From positions 86,481,514 to 86,545,513 of the forward strand of contig NC_057718.1 in the NCBI RefSeq assembly GCF_004010195.1: a stretch of 64,000 nucleotides of DNA, written 5' to 3'. The notes under the pieces were generated by a model. That model did not search any database, was not told the origin of the DNA, and saw only the letters and a program-made list of their open reading frames with translations. The position numbers were made by a program, and so were the translations under genes. This DNA is from Chiloscyllium plagiosum. Its lineage: Eukaryota. Of the stretch, positions 10,725 through 24,344 are shown one piece after another. How positions within the stretch are numbered: position 1 is the first letter of the stretch; every line of letters begins with the position of its first letter.

Positions 10725-12840
10725 AGTCAAAAATGTGTAGTGCTGAAAAAGCACAGCCGATCAGGCAGCATCAGAGGAGCAGGCGAGTCAATGTTTTGAG
10801 CTTAAGCTCTTCATCAAAAATGAGGGGTAGCCAAGGGGTCTGAGACATAAATGGGAGGGGGGTGGAAGTGGGGAGGGAAGGTAGCTGGGAATGCGATAGA
10901 TAGATAAAGGTGGGGATGAAAATGATAGGTTGGAGAGGAGGGTGGAGCTGGACCACAACTCCTCTCATCCTGCCTCCTGCAAAACACTATCCCTTATTCC
11001 CAATTCCTCCAGCTCCACCACAGCTGCTCTCAGGAGGACCAATTTCATCACAGAACATCCCAGATGGCCTCCTTCTTCAAAGACCGCAACTTCCCCTCCC
11101 ACGTGTTCGTCAATGCCCTCCAGTGCATCTCCCCCACTTCCCGCACCTCTGCTCTTGAACCTTACCCCTTTAATTGCAACAAGGATGGAACGCCCCTGGT
11201 GCTCACCTTCCACACCACTAACCTCCAGATACATTGCATCATTCTCCACCATTTCCGCCACCTACAAACAGACCCCATCACCAATGATATATTTCCTTCT
11301 CCTCCCCTATCTGTGTTCCAAAGAGACCATTCCCTCCGCAAACTCCCTTGTTAGGAGCATGCCCCCCACCAACCCACCCTCCACTCCTGGCACCTTCCAC
11401 TGCCACCACAAGAAGTGCAAAACCTGTGCCTACACCTTCCCCCTCACCTCCGCCCAAGGCCCCAAGGATCCTTCCACATTTGATAGAGATTTACCTGTAC
11501 TTCCACACGTCATCTAATGTGTTCATTGCACTCGATTTGGTCTCCTCTACATTGGGAAGACAGGACGTCAACTTGCAGAACATTTCAGAGAACATCTCTG
11601 GGAAACACACACTAAACAACCCCACTGCCCTGTGGCCGAACACTTAACTCCTTCTCCCACTTCATCAAGGACATGCAATTCCTGGGCCTCTTCCACCACC
11701 AAACTCTAACCACCCGATGCCTGGAAGAAGAATACCTCATCTTCCACCTTGGGACCCTCCAACCACACGGGGTTAATGTGGATCTCACTAGTTTCCTCAT
11801 TTCCCCTCCCCACCTCACCCCAGATCCAACCTTCCAACCCAGCACCACCTTCTTGAACTGTCATACCTGTCCATCTTCCTTCTCACCTATCCACTCCACC
11901 CTCCTCTCCGACCTATCACTTTCACCCCCACCTTCAGCTACCTAACACATTCCCAGCTACTTTTCCCAAAGCCACACCCCCTCCCAATTGTTAGCGCGGA
12001 TGAAATGATATTAGTCCGAGCCCAGAGTGCGGTTCAACAATCGGTAACGTTTATTGCTACAGTAACGCCGGTGGAGACCAACCGAGGTCCGAATCTCAGC
12101 TGCTCTGCTGTTCCCGCATGCAGCTACATATTATATACCTTTAGTTGCCAGGATGTGTGGAATTTGAGGATGAATGGGATGATAATTCCCCATCATCACT
12201 GGAGTAGATGCAAATAGTATGCTTCCTGCCATCCCAGGAGAGTTGCAGGGCACGCACAATAGGGTGCTAATTGGTTTATGTAAAACGGGTCCGGGTATTA
12301 TCTGCTTGTCTCTCTCTGTGAGGGCAGGGGCTAGCACCCCCCTTTGTTCCCTTGGGGTGTTGGTGTGTATTGGTCTATCTGTTCCTGTCTGGTGGATGCC
12401 TGTCCTTTGTGTCAGGTTGGTTCCGTATCGATGGGTATGGGTCAGTCTCTTGATGTGATTAGGAGATGGGTTTCCCATATTAATTAATTCCGGAGTTTTG
12501 GACTATGAGTCATGGGTAGTGTTGGTCTAGTGTGCATTTGATGTGTCCTCTGTCTCCTATCTCCCGGTCAAGTGGGCGGACCGGCAGCTGCTGAGTTCTG
12601 TGGGTTTAAAGCTGCAACTGCTGTTTAAAACACAAAATGAATTCTTATAGTTTCCTGATGTAGGCATCTGATGCCCGCTTGCACATTGATCTCTCAGCCT
12701 GTTCAGGCCATCCCTCATCCCTGATGAAGAGCTTATGCTGGAAAGATCGACTCTCCTGTTCCTCGGATCCTGCCTGTGCTTTCCCAGCACCTCACTTTTT
12801 GACTCTAATCTCCAGCATCTGCAGTCTTCACTTTCTCCCA
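10725..12840 (+). mobile_element. Decayed Penelope-like element with an inverted 5' terminal copy (about 10725-10950), split by a solo LTR
   Basis: MASFFKDRNFPSHV...PLVLTFH, Cys linker CHHKKCKTC and GIY-YIG C-terminus LEEEYLIFHLGTLQPHGVN; the tail resumes at 12684 with a hammerhead at 12721. Confidence 0.85.
11989..12683 (-). mobile_element. Solo LTR nested in the Penelope-like element
   Basis: TGTTAG...CTTGCA termini; 4-bp TSD caat/catt; on the minus strand TATA (about 12131-12137), then AATAAA (about 12050-12055), then CA. Confidence 0.7.
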
Positions 12841-13730
12841 TTGGGGTACTTAATCCTTATTCTGACATTGTCTCATCTGGTTTTAGCATCTCCCACAAGG
12901 GGAAAGAACATCTACACATCTATCCTGTCAAGCCTCCTAAGAATTTTGTTTGTTTCAATAATTCATTTGTATAAACTCAAATGACTATAAGCCCAATGTA
13001 CTCAACCTCTCCTCAAGAATATCTTCTCAAATCCAGGATGAACCTTCTCAGGACTCCAATGCCAGCATATCTTTCCTTAGCTAAGGATATCAAAGCCATT
13101 CATAGCGTTCTATAGCTGGTATGGCTAGTGCCACAGATAGTTTCCCTATTTTTATATTCCATTCTCTTTGAAATACAGGCTAAAGTCTATTTGACTTCCC
13201 TACTAGCCATTGAACCTGAATGCTAACTTTTAGTGGTTCATGCAAGGGGACACAAAGGACATTACTCCTTACTGCAGCTTTCTCTATTTAAATCACATTC
13301 AGTTCCTCTGCTCCTCCTGCATTGCCTCACGTTTTCCCACATTATATTCCATCTACCAAGTCTTTGCCTGTCTAGAACCCTCCATGAACACTTTGCATCA
13401 TCCTCACCACTTGTTTTTGACATATTTTTGTGTCATCCACAAACTTGGCAATAGTATATTCACCTTCCTTATCCAAGTAATTAATATATATTGTAAATAA
13501 CTATGATCGGAGCATTGATCCCTATGCCACTCCAATTGTAGAACTGCCAGCCTGAAAATGCCCCTTCTCCTAATTTTCTGTCTTCTATAAGTCAGCCCGA
13601 CCTTTATCCATGTAAATATACTGCCCCCTCCCCGATGCCATGGGCTCTTATCTTGTTTGATAGAGTTATGAATGGTACCTTATTGAATGCCTTTTGGAAA
13701 TCCAAATGTATTACGTCCACTGGCTCTCCT

Positions 13731-14344
13731 TGTGACAATGCTATTGCTGTAAGAGTTTTTTTAAGAGAGACTTTAATGTAGAGGTGGCTAGCAATCTACT
13801 AGAACTACTAGAGTAAACAGTTTGTAAGGCCTTGGAATACTCTTTTTAAGTTGGAACAGCCTGAAAGGGTGTGGTCAAATTCCTACAAAACCACGATCTT
13901 TCACTTTGAGCAGAGGCTGCCGGGGTTGTGAAAAGATGCCACACCTCAGTTTGCTACAGCTGAAAGTTGGAATTTTCTCTCTTTCAATATTGTCTTTTGA
14001 TGTTTTTTCCTCTTGAACTGGAGAACTGCATGTTTTCTGAATTTGCCTTTTGCCAAGAGTGTGTTAATAGGATGTTGCTGTATTGAAACTGTTAATTAGT
14101 AACAGTTCCTGTATTTGTTGTTCTGTTAAATTTTTCATAGTGTTAAGTTATTCCAATTCTTTATTCATTTTGTTCTATTTTAACTACAGTGGATAAATAA
14201 ATTGTTTTGCTTTAAATCAGGTAGTTTGACACATCAAATTGCATCTGGAACACACCACCTTACATTTACCTTTAAAATTAAGAAACATTAAGGTGTAGAC
14301 TATCTTCTAAATAGTTTGAAGGGGGTTTAGTCTGGTCCATAACA
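13731..14344 (+). mobile_element. Probable solo LTR inserted in an old minus-strand CR1
   Basis: TGTGAC...ATAACA termini, internal AATAAA, imperfect TSD tcct/cctt; CR1 sequence on both sides. Confidence 0.5.
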
Positions 14345-14725
14345 CCTTTTGTCTATTCTGCTTGTTACCTTGTCAAAGAATTCTAACAAAATTGTCAGGT
14401 ATAATTTTACCTTCATGATACCACACTGCCTCTAGTTGATTATATTATGCATTTCTAAATGTTCAGCTATTTTACCCTTTATAGTAGACCATAGCATTTT
14501 CCCAAGGACAGACGTTAAACTAACTAGCCTACAGTCACATGTTTTTGTTTCTGTCCCTTTTTGAATAAGGTGTTACATTGGCTTTCCTTTCTATTGGGAA
14601 TTTTCTAAAATCTAATTATTCTTGGAAGATTACAGCCAGTGCATCCTCTATCTCTGCAGCTACTTACTTTAAAATTCTAGAATGTAACCCATCAGGTCCA
14701 GGGACTTATTTGTTTTTAGCCTATT

Positions 14726-15612
14726 TGTTATGAAGTTGAAGGCATGTATGATACATTTAAGAGAGTGAATGATGTTCTGCACTAAGAGCTTACAAGAGCA
14801 GTCCCAGAGTGTATGGGAGAATTGAATATATGTAACATTTGGCTGTGAAATAGATACCTGAGTTGGTTGCTGTTTTGACAACAGTTCAAATTTAATCAAT
14901 CAGTTTAATATATGAGGAGAAAGTGAGGTCTGCGGATGCTGGAGATCAGAGCTGAAAATGTGTTGCTGGAACAGCGCAGCAGGTCAGGCAGCATCCAGTG
15001 ATACTGAGGAAGGAGATGTGGCTGTGGTGGCGAGTCTGTTTGAGAATGTGGCTGAAGAAGGGCTTATGCCCGAAACGTCGATTCTCCTGACCACTGGATG
15101 CTGCCTGACCTGCTGCGCTGTTCCAGCAACACATTTTCAGCAGTTTAATATATGCCCCAGGATACTAAAACTCAATCGAATTTGAAATTATTGTTTTGCC
15201 AACATTGAACTAATGAGACAACCCCATGTTGGGAACATTAAATTTGCAGGCATTTTGAAAATCAGACAGAACAACTGCAATCGAGGGCCAAGAAATTAAG
15301 AACACTCTCTATCAAAGGTAGCTTTTCACATGAAACGTATGGCTTGAAATTAAATTGGTGTAATTTTAATCTGTTTTATTGGAAAAGTATACTGTTGTAG
15401 ATTTGGAGGCAGGTAATAAGCAGCTAAAAGAAAGGGGGGCTTAGAGTTGTGAATAATCTTGTTTAATGTTCACTTTTAGGGATAAAGAATACATTTAAAT
15501 AGTGGAATTTAGAAGTTCTCTGTCACTCATATTTTAACAGCTCATGAGGCAAGGTGAGCTTTTCTGGGTGATTGGTATAATTAACAGAAGGGTTCACCAG
15601 CGTGTTGTAACA
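14726..15612 (+). mobile_element. Solo LTR (TGTTATGAAG family) containing a nested Penelope-like insertion
   Basis: TG...TAACA termini, TSD tatt/catt; clearly similar to 23216-23961. Confidence 0.75.
14915..15140. mobile_element. Inverted Penelope-like mini-insertion with a 14-bp TSD and an intact hammerhead core (15052-15079)
   Basis: TSD cagtttaatatatg at 14901-14914 and 15141-15154; inverted arms at about 14950-15000 and 15092-15141. Confidence 0.85.
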
Positions 15613-16807
15613 CATTAGTTTCCCTAGTACTTTATCTCGTGATAATTATTGTGTTTACTTCCTTACCTCCCCCCGCCCGCCCCCATCCCCACTTCAGTGC
15701 CTTGATGATTTTGTATTGTTGAAATGCTATTAGTATACTCTACCATGGACAGTAATGAAAATTTCTTATTCAACTCTTCTGTTATTTATTGTTTTCCCAT
15801 TATTATTTCCCCAGCCTCATTTTTAAGGGGTCTATATTCACTTTGTCCTCTCCCTTCCTTTTTAAAGAAGCTCTTACTGCTGTTTATATTCGTTACTAGT
15901 TTGCCATCAGTTCATTTTCTCTCTATATATGCATTTTGGACAGTTTTTTGTTGGATTTTGAAATTCTCCCAATCCCTTTGTTTACCACTAATCTTTGCAA
16001 CATTCTATGTTTTGTTTTCTTTCAATCTAACACTATCCTTTACTTCCTTGGTTAACCATGGTCAACTTATCTCCTTTCTAGAAGCCCTTTTCCTTGTTGG
16101 AATATGTCTTTGTTATGGCATTATGAATTCCTTTCTTAAATGTCTTCAATGTGCCCCAACAATGCTAATCTCCTTTCTTAGTTCACTCCAGCTAACTCTG
16201 TCCTTATCCTTACATAATTACCTTTATTTAAGTTTAGCACAGCTGCTTACAACTCAAGTTTCTCACACTCAAACAGAATACTGAATTCTACCATGATTCG
16301 ATTACTGTTTCCGAGGGAATCCTTTACTCTGAGATAATGTATTTAATCTACTTCATTACAAATTTCCTGATCCCAGATTAGATCTTCAATATTGTTCAAG
16401 GAAACTGTCCTGACTAAATTCCATGAATTTTTCCTCATGGTTACCTCTGTCAATTTGATTTTGCCAATCTATATGAAGACTAAGCATATTAATCACTAAT
16501 GCTCTGCCTTTTCTTTTTGCATGACCTCATCTTGTAATTTATTTTTTGTTTTACAGAACAGTTAATGTTAAGGGCTAATAGATTGCATCCACCAGTATCA
16601 TCATCTTCCCTTTTTTTTACCTCAACATTGATCATCTTCTGATCGAAAATAATTTTTAGCTATTTTACTTACTCCATCGCATAGCAACAAAACTACCCCA
16701 CCCTTCCTTTCCGGCCCCTTTTGACACCACAGCCCCCGAATATGTAATTGTTTACTGCCTTGAAACCTTTGTCTCCACGATGACTATAAGATCACACCAG
16801 TCATGGG

Positions 16808-16980
16808 GAGGTGACAGCTAAATGGCATTACTATTAGAATCTTAATCCAGAGACCCAGGGAATGTTCTGAGGACCCAAGTTCAAGTCCCGCTGCAGCAGA
16901 TGGTGGAATTTAAGTTCAATAAAAATCAGGAATTAAAAGTCTAATGATGACCGTGAATCCACTGTTGATTGTTGGAGGAA
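16808..16980 (+). mobile_element. tRNA-derived SINE of a second family; related copies at about 29720-30020 (+) and 54860-55015 (-)
   Basis: Shared taatccagagacccagg...gttcaagtcccgc...gcagatggtggaattt motif. Confidence 0.6.
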
Positions 16981-17183
16981 ACATAATTCAAGATAAGTCT
17001 TTACTTGTGTGAAGGTTGATATGGAGATATTTTCACTTGTAAAACTAGTTGCCAGCAAAACAAAATCATTGGGAATGAATCCAATAAGGAATTCAGGATA
17101 CATTTCTCAATCCAGAATAAGTAAGAACATATGACTTGCTACCACACAGACAAATTAGGGCAAATAGCAGAGATCAAACATTT

Positions 17184-17643
17184 AGGAGAACGTGAGCACT
17201 GCTGATGCTGAAGATCAGAGTCGAGAGTTTGGTGCTGGAAAAGCACAACAAGTCAGGCAGCATCCGAGGAGCAGGAGAATCGACGTTTCAGGCATAAATC
17301 CTTCATCAGGAATGAGGCTTTTGAGCCAAGAGGGTAGAGAGATAAATGGGAGAGGGGTGGGTTGGGAGGAAGATAGCTGGGAGTGCGACAGGCAGGTGAA
17401 GGTGGGGGTAATGGTGATTGGACAGAGAGGAGGGTGCAATGGATAGCTGGGAAGGAAGACGGACAGATAGGACAGGTGATGAGGGCGGTGCGAGTTGGAA
17501 GGTTGGATCTGAGATAAGGTGGGGGAGGGGAAATGAGGAAACTGGTGAAATCCACATTAATCCCATGTAGTTGGAGGGTCCCAAGACAGAAGATGAGGTG
17601 TTCTTCCTCCAGGTGTCGGGTGGTTAGGGTTTGGCGATGGAGG
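17184..17643 (-). mobile_element. Penelope-like element 3' fragment
   Basis: Reverse complement of the 9040-type fragment; degenerate hammerhead at 17277-17313. Confidence 0.8.
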
Positions 17644-17774
17644 TTTCTGCAGACATATCTACTGCAAAGTCACCAGCTTGGAATATTGAGCAGAAAGCAC
17701 TTACAACTTGATCACCTCTGACATACCAGACAGCGAACAGAAAGTTAGTCACCAAAGCATGGTGACTTCTGACA

Positions 17775-20700
17775 TAGAGTCATAGAGATGTACAGCACGG
17801 AAACAGACCCTTCAATCCAACCTGTCCATGCCGACCAGATATCCCAACCCAATCTAGTCCCAACTGCCAGCACCTGGCACATGTCCCTCAAAACCCTTCC
17901 TATTCACATACCCATCCAATGCCTTTTAAATGTTGCAAATGTACTAGCCACCACCACTTCCTCTGGCAGCTCATTCCATACACATACCACCCTCCGCATG
18001 AAAAAGTTGCCCCTTAGGTCTCTTTTACATCTTTCCCCTCTACCATAAACCTATGCCCTCTAGTTCTGGACTCCACACCCCAGGGAAAAGACTTTGCCTA
18101 TTTATCCTATCCATGCCCCCCATAATTTTATAAACCTCTATAAGGTCACCCCTCAGCCTCCGACGCTCCAAGGAAAACACCCCAAGGCTATTCAACCTCT
18201 CCCTATAGCTCAAATCCTCTAACCTTGGCAACATCCTTGTAAATCTTTTCTGAACCCTTTCAAGTTTCACAATATCTTTCCGATACGTGATATTCCAACA
18301 GTAGCCCAACTAATGTTCTGTTCAGCTGCAACATGACCTCCCAACTCCTGTACTCAATACTCTGACCAATAAAAGAAAGCATACCAAATGCCGTCTTCAC
18401 TATCCTATCTACCTGTGACTCCACTATCAAGGAGCTATGAACCAGCACTCCAAGGTCTTTTTGTTCAGCAACACACCCAAGGACCTTACCATTAAGTGTA
18501 TAAGTCCTGCTAAGTTTGCTTTCCAAAAATGCAGCACTTCACATTTATCTAAATTAATCTTCATCTGCTACTTCTCAGCCCATTGGTCCATCTGATCAAG
18601 ATCCTGTTGTAATCTGAGGTAACCCTCTTCGCTGTCCACTACACCTCCAATTTTGGTGTCATCTGCAAACTTACTATCTGTACCTCTTATGCTCACATCC
18701 AAATCATTTAGATAAATAATGAAAAGTAGAGGACCCAGCACAGATCTTTATGGTACTCCACTGGTCACAGGCCTCCACTCTGAAAAACAACCCTCCTTCA
18801 CCACCCTCTGTCTTCTACCTTTGAGCCAGTTCTGTATCTAAATGGCTAGTTCACCCTGTATTCCATGAGATCTAACCTTGCTAATCAGTCTCGTATGGGG
18901 AACCTTGTTGAATGCCTTACTGAAGTCCATATACACCACATCTACCACTCTGCCCTCATCAATCCTCTTTGTTACTTCTTCAAAAAACTCAATCAAGTTT
19001 GTGGGACATATTTCCCATGCACAAAGCCATGTTGACTATCACTAATCAGTCCTTGCCTTTCCAAATCCATGTACATCCTGTCCCTCAGGATTCCCTTCAA
19101 CAACTTGCCCACCACTGAGGTCAGGCTCATTGGTCTACAATTCCCTGGCTTGTCCTTACTACCTTTCTTAAACAGTGGCACCACGTTAGCCAACCTCTAG
19201 TCTTCCAGCACCTCACCTGTGACTATTGATGATACAAATATCTCAGCAAGAGGTCCAGCAATCATTTCCCTAGCCTCCCACAGATTTCTAGGGTACACCT
19301 GATCAGACAAAAGTGAAGCCTGTAGATGCTGGAAATCAGAGTTTAGATTAGAGTAGTGCTGGAAAAACACAGCAGGTCAGGCAGCTTCCGAGGAGCAGGA
19401 AGATCGACATTTCGGGCAAAAGCCCTTTATCAGGAATGAGGCAGGGAGCCTCCAGAATGAGATGGGGTGGGGCTGGGGAGAAAGTAGCCAAGCATACAAC
19501 AGGTGGATGGAGGTAGGGATGAAGGTGATAAGTCGGAGAGGAGAATGGAGCTGATAAGTGGGAAGGACAAGTAGGACAAGTCATGACGATGGTGCTGAGC
19601 TGGAAGGTTGGAACTGGGGTAAGGTGGGGAGAGGGGAAATGATGAAACTGGTGACATCCACAATGATGCCCTGGGGTTGAAGTGTTCCAGGTGGAAGATG
19701 AGGCTTTCTTCCTCTAGGCATCAGGTGGTGAGGGAGTGATGGTGGAGGAGGCCCAGGACCTGCATGTCGGCAGCAGAGTGGGAGGGGGAGTTGAAATGTT
19801 CGGCCATGTGGCGGTGGGTTTGATTGGTGCGGGTGTCCCAGAGATGTTCTCTGAAGCGCTCTGCAAGAAGGCATTCAGTCTCCCCAATGTAAAGGAGGCT
19901 GTATCGGGAGCACAGGATACAATAAATCACATTGGTGGATGTGCAGGTGAAATTTTGAAGGATGTGGAAGGCTCCTTTGGGGCCTTGGATGGAGGTGAGG
20001 GGGGAGGTGTGGGCGCTGGTTTTGCAATTCCTACGGTGACAGGGAAAGGTGCCAGGAGGGGAGGGTGGGTTTCTGGGGGGGCATGGACCTGACCAGGTAG
20101 TCACGGAGGGAATGGTCTTTGTGGTCTTCACATGGACCATCTCTGACACCTCCCTCCCCTTCATGGACCTCTCCATCTCCATCAATGACAACCGACTTAA
20201 CACTGACATTTTTTACCCACTGACTCCCACAGCTATCTGGATTACACCTCTTCCCACCCTACCTCCTGCAAAAATGCCATCCCATATTCCCAATTCCTCT
20301 GCCTCCGCCATATCTGCTCCCAGTTCCACCAGAGAACACACTAGATGGCCTCCTTCTTTAAAGACCATAATTTGCCTTCCCATGTAGTTGAAGATGCCCT
20401 CCAATGCATCTCATCCACATCCCGCATTTCTGAAGGCTTCCCATTTTCCAGCTGTCCCTTTACCTGCAAACATCTGTGCCCAATCAGCTTTTGAAAGTTC
20501 TTGCCTAATACCAATTTAGAACTTCAACTTTTGATCCAGTCTATCCTTTTCCATCACTATTTTAAAACTAATAGAATTATGGTCGCTGGCCCCAAAGTAC
20601 TCTCCCACTGACCACCTCAGTCACCTGCCCTGCTTTATTTCCCAAGAGTCGGTCAAGTTTTGCACCTTATCTAGTAGGTACATCCACATACTGAATCAGA

Positions 20701-21310
20701 AAACTTTCTTGTGCCGACTTAACAAATTCGTCTCCACCTAAACCCTTAACACTATGGCAGTCCCAGTCTACGTTTGGAAAGTTAAAATCCCCTACCATAA
20801 CCACCCTATTATTCTTACAGATACTGAGATCTCCTCACAAAAGTGTTTCTCAATTTCCCTCTGACTATTAGGGGGGTCTATAATACAATCCCAATAAGGT
20901 AATCATCCCTTTCTTATTTCTCAGTTCCACCCAAATAACTTCCCTGGATGTACTTCTGGGAATAACCTCCCTAAGTATAGCTGCAAAGCTTTCCCTTATC
21001 AAAAACTTCACGCTCCCGCCCTGAGTTCATCTGTCTTCTCTGTTAAGACTCTTGCATTGAAATAACTGCAGTCTAACTTATAGGTCCTACCTTGTTTGCT
21101 GCTTTGTCCCTGCCTGCCCTGACTGTTTGACTTGTCTTTGTTCTCAACTGTACCAGTCTCAGATTGATCACTTTCCTCAGTATCTCCCTGGGTCCCACCA
21201 CCCCCCCCCCCCCCCCAACTAGTTTAAATCCTCCTGAGCAGTTCCAGCAAATCTCCCTGCCAGTATATTAGTCCCCTTCCAATTTAGAAGCAATCCATCC
21301 TTCTTGTACA
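17775..21310 (-). mobile_element. CR1 LINE, interrupted at 19306-20430 by Penelope-like fragments
   Basis: RT motifs ANVVPLFKKGSKDKPGN and LERVQKRFTRML; 3' tail at 17775; endonuclease/ORF1-like sequence at 20431-21310. Confidence 0.88.
19306..20430. mobile_element. Penelope-like element with internal inversion: GIY-YIG and tail on minus (19306-20120), RT fragment on plus (20120-20430)
   Basis: CTSTNVIYCILCSRYSLLYIGET...AERFREHL (GIY-YIG) and FTWTISDTSLPFMDLSISI (Penelope-type RT). Confidence 0.85.
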
Positions 21311-22305
21311 GTTTGAGGTTATAACAGGTCTGCCTTGATTGCTTCTAAGGATACCCACACAACTTATCAGTGCCAAGTAGATCCGTTCTGCTAGCAGTGG
21401 GTGCCCTTCCCCTTGGCAAACCTAAATGATGGCACAAGATGATCAGGAGCACACTCAGAGATTTATGAGGTTGAAAGCAGTTTTCTACTTCACCGCTGTC
21501 ACTCCGCTCAGGAAAGACACAGCCACACACATTGTCCCCTGCAACTCAGAAAAATATCTATTTTACCAGCTGTTCACCTGGAGTGATCCAACCAGAAACC
21601 TAGGTCAGCACCACTCGCCATTTCATTCTCATCCCTCGCTCAATCAGGGCCATTGTAAGGCAAATAGTGCATGGCAGAACCAACAAGCCACTCCTGGAAG
21701 AAAACAAAATCATCCAGTTATGGGCTTAAAAATCCAGAAAATCGAATAGGGGAAAATTATTAATGAAAGCAATTCCAGGACACTATATACAGGGGGCAGC
21801 AGTCTCTCTCAGGCAGATCCCAAATCAAATTTAGTCATTCAAAATTACTTTCAACCTTTGGCTAACCATTTTATTTCACTTTATCGATTTTGTACTTGAT
21901 CCATTTTTAATCAATCAATTTTCAGCTTTTTATCTTTTAAAAAACTGATGATTTCTCTGATTCTTGACAGAGTTGTACAACATAGGCAATATTAATTAAA
22001 ACAAAATTATAAATAAATGTCTAATTATATAACTAACTTTTACACAGAAAAATGCTTGCTCTGTGTTGTAGAGGGCCTTTGGATTTTCTACAGCCAGGTT
22101 AAGGGGGGTCATCAAAAACAAAGATAAATAATCTTGGAGAGATAAACACTGGTCCCTCCTGTTCTCTCAAGTAGATCAAAATACCTCATCGTCTTTCAAA
22201 TTTGATTCTTTAGTGCTCTTAAATTCTCAGGATTCAATGTTGATCCAAGTCTTTAATATTGAACCTGATGATTAATTTAGCATTGACCTCTGAGATTTAT
22301 TCATT

Positions 22306-22625
22306 GCATAGTGGCTCAGGGGTTAGCACTGCTTCCTCACAGTACCAAGGCCCCGGGTTCGATTTCAGCCTCGGGCAAATGCCTGTGTGGAGTTTGCATG
22401 TTCTCTTCGTATCTCTGTGGGTTTCCTCTGGATGTTCTGGTTTCCTCCCCCAATCCAAAGACGTGTACATCAAGTGAATCGTCCATGCTAAATTGCCAAT
22501 AATGTTAGGTGCATTAGTCAGCCGTAAACATAGGGAAATGGGTCTGGATGGGTTACTCTTCAGAGGGTCAGTGTGGACTTATTGAGCCAAAAGACTTGTC
22601 TCCACATTGTAGGGAGTCTAATCTC
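22306..22625 (+). mobile_element. Near full-length HE1-like SINE
   Basis: A-box gtggctcaggggttagc, B-box ggttcgattt, conserved body and LINE-like 3' tail. Confidence 0.85.
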
Positions 22626-23215
22626 ACGGTTAAACCTTTGTCCAATTTCTTATCTCCTGTCTTAAAACTATGCCCCTTTTAATCAAATAAACACAGGATA
22701 CACTGGAGAAACTGAGAACGTTTGGTAGCATGGGTGGAGAGAGAAACAGAGTTAATGTCTTGATCCAGGAATGGCAGAAACAGTAGGAGCTCTGAAAGGT
22801 GATAATTAGTGGGAAATTTTAACCTGCATATTGACTGGAAAAGACAAATGAGCAAAGATAGTGTACATGAGAAGTTCATTAAATCTTTTGGGGATATTTT
22901 ATTAAATTAGCATGTTCTGCAGCCAAGCAGAGAGCAGGTAATACTAGACCTTGTGATGTGCTACAAGATAGGATAAAATAATGGTGTTATTGAGAATGCC
23001 AACCTAACTAGCAGCAATTGCATTTATGGCTGAATTTTACATTCAATTTGAGGGAGAGAAGACCATGTTCAAGTCTACTGCTGTAAATTTAAATTAAGGG
23101 CAAATATGAGGTGCCGAAAGCAGAGCTAGCTGAAGTGATTAAGGTCAAAGGGTTGGTCAACAGAAATGCTATGTCAGCCTGAGAATAAATTTCAGAATAT
23201 AACAGGAATAAACAT

Positions 23216-23961
23216 TGTTATGAAGTTGAAAGCATGTACTGTACCTTTAAGACGGAGTGAAAGCTGAAAGCTGGCAAGCACCTGTCATGTGACTGACTAG
23301 CAGTCACAAAGTGTGGTTAAAAATTGAAAGATGTAACATTTTACTGTAACCTAGATACTTCAGTTGTTTTCACAGCATTCAGATTTAGCCAAGCAGTTTA
23401 AATAATGCACCAAGATACTAAAACCCAATTGAATTTGAATTTTACTGTTTTGACAACGCCAAACCAATGAGACATTCTAATGTTTGGGCTATTAAAAAAA
23501 GACATTTTGGACAATTGGCCAGAAAGAGCACCAACTGCCATTGAAAGATTGCTATTCACCACACTCTCTGTCATTTTTACAGCAGAAGACCAAAGACAGC
23601 AGAAGACCAAAGACAGCACAGGGAGATCTACAAACAGAGAAACATCCACACCAGAGATGACAGCCACTGTCCAATTTTGAAAATTAAGTTGCTGTAAATT
23701 TAATAAAGGCTTTATTGGGTCAGTATATTGTTATAGAGTGGGAGGTAGATAACAAATCTTTAAGAGAAAGGAGGCTTAGAGTTGTAAATAGTTGTCATTT
23801 AATGTTACTTTTAGCATTAAATAATAAAATTGATATTTTCGTTAAACAGTGGAATTTGGGTAGTTCTCTGTCACTCATTCTTTAATAGATTACGAGGCAA
23901 GGTGAGCTTTTCTGTGTGTTTGGTTTAATTAGCAGAAGGGTCTACTGCCGTGTCTTAAACA
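23216..23961 (+). mobile_element. Solo LTR (TGTTATGAAG family)
   Basis: Homologous to 14726-15612; flanked by acat; internal 17-bp tandem duplication agcagaagaccaaagac. Confidence 0.7.
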
Positions 23962-24344
23962 CATTCCAAGGGGAAGATCCTGCCCCCATCTATGATTAAC
24001 AAAAAAAGTTAAAGAAAGTATCACCTTCAATAAAATACAGTTAATTGTACAGAAATAGTTGACTCGATTTAATATTTTTAAAAAGTAACCAGTGATTGAA
24101 GATGAAAGAAGAGAGAAAATTAGGGTATGAGAAAAATCCAGCTAGAAATATAAAAGTAGGTAGTAAGAGTTTTTAAATACTTTAAAATGAAAAGTTAACT
24201 AAGTGAATGTTAATCCTATAGAAAGTGAATCTGGGAAATTAATTATGAAAACAAAGATGGCAAATGAATTGAACAGATATTGTGCATTGGTCTTCACTAT
24301 AGAGGATATAAGTAACATGCCAGAAATAGCTATAAATCAGGAAA

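Noticed and set aside
15724..16284. 186-aa hydrophobic ORF resembling a membrane protein
   Set aside because: T-rich sequence consistent with the antisense strand of a decayed LINE; no domain or splice context.
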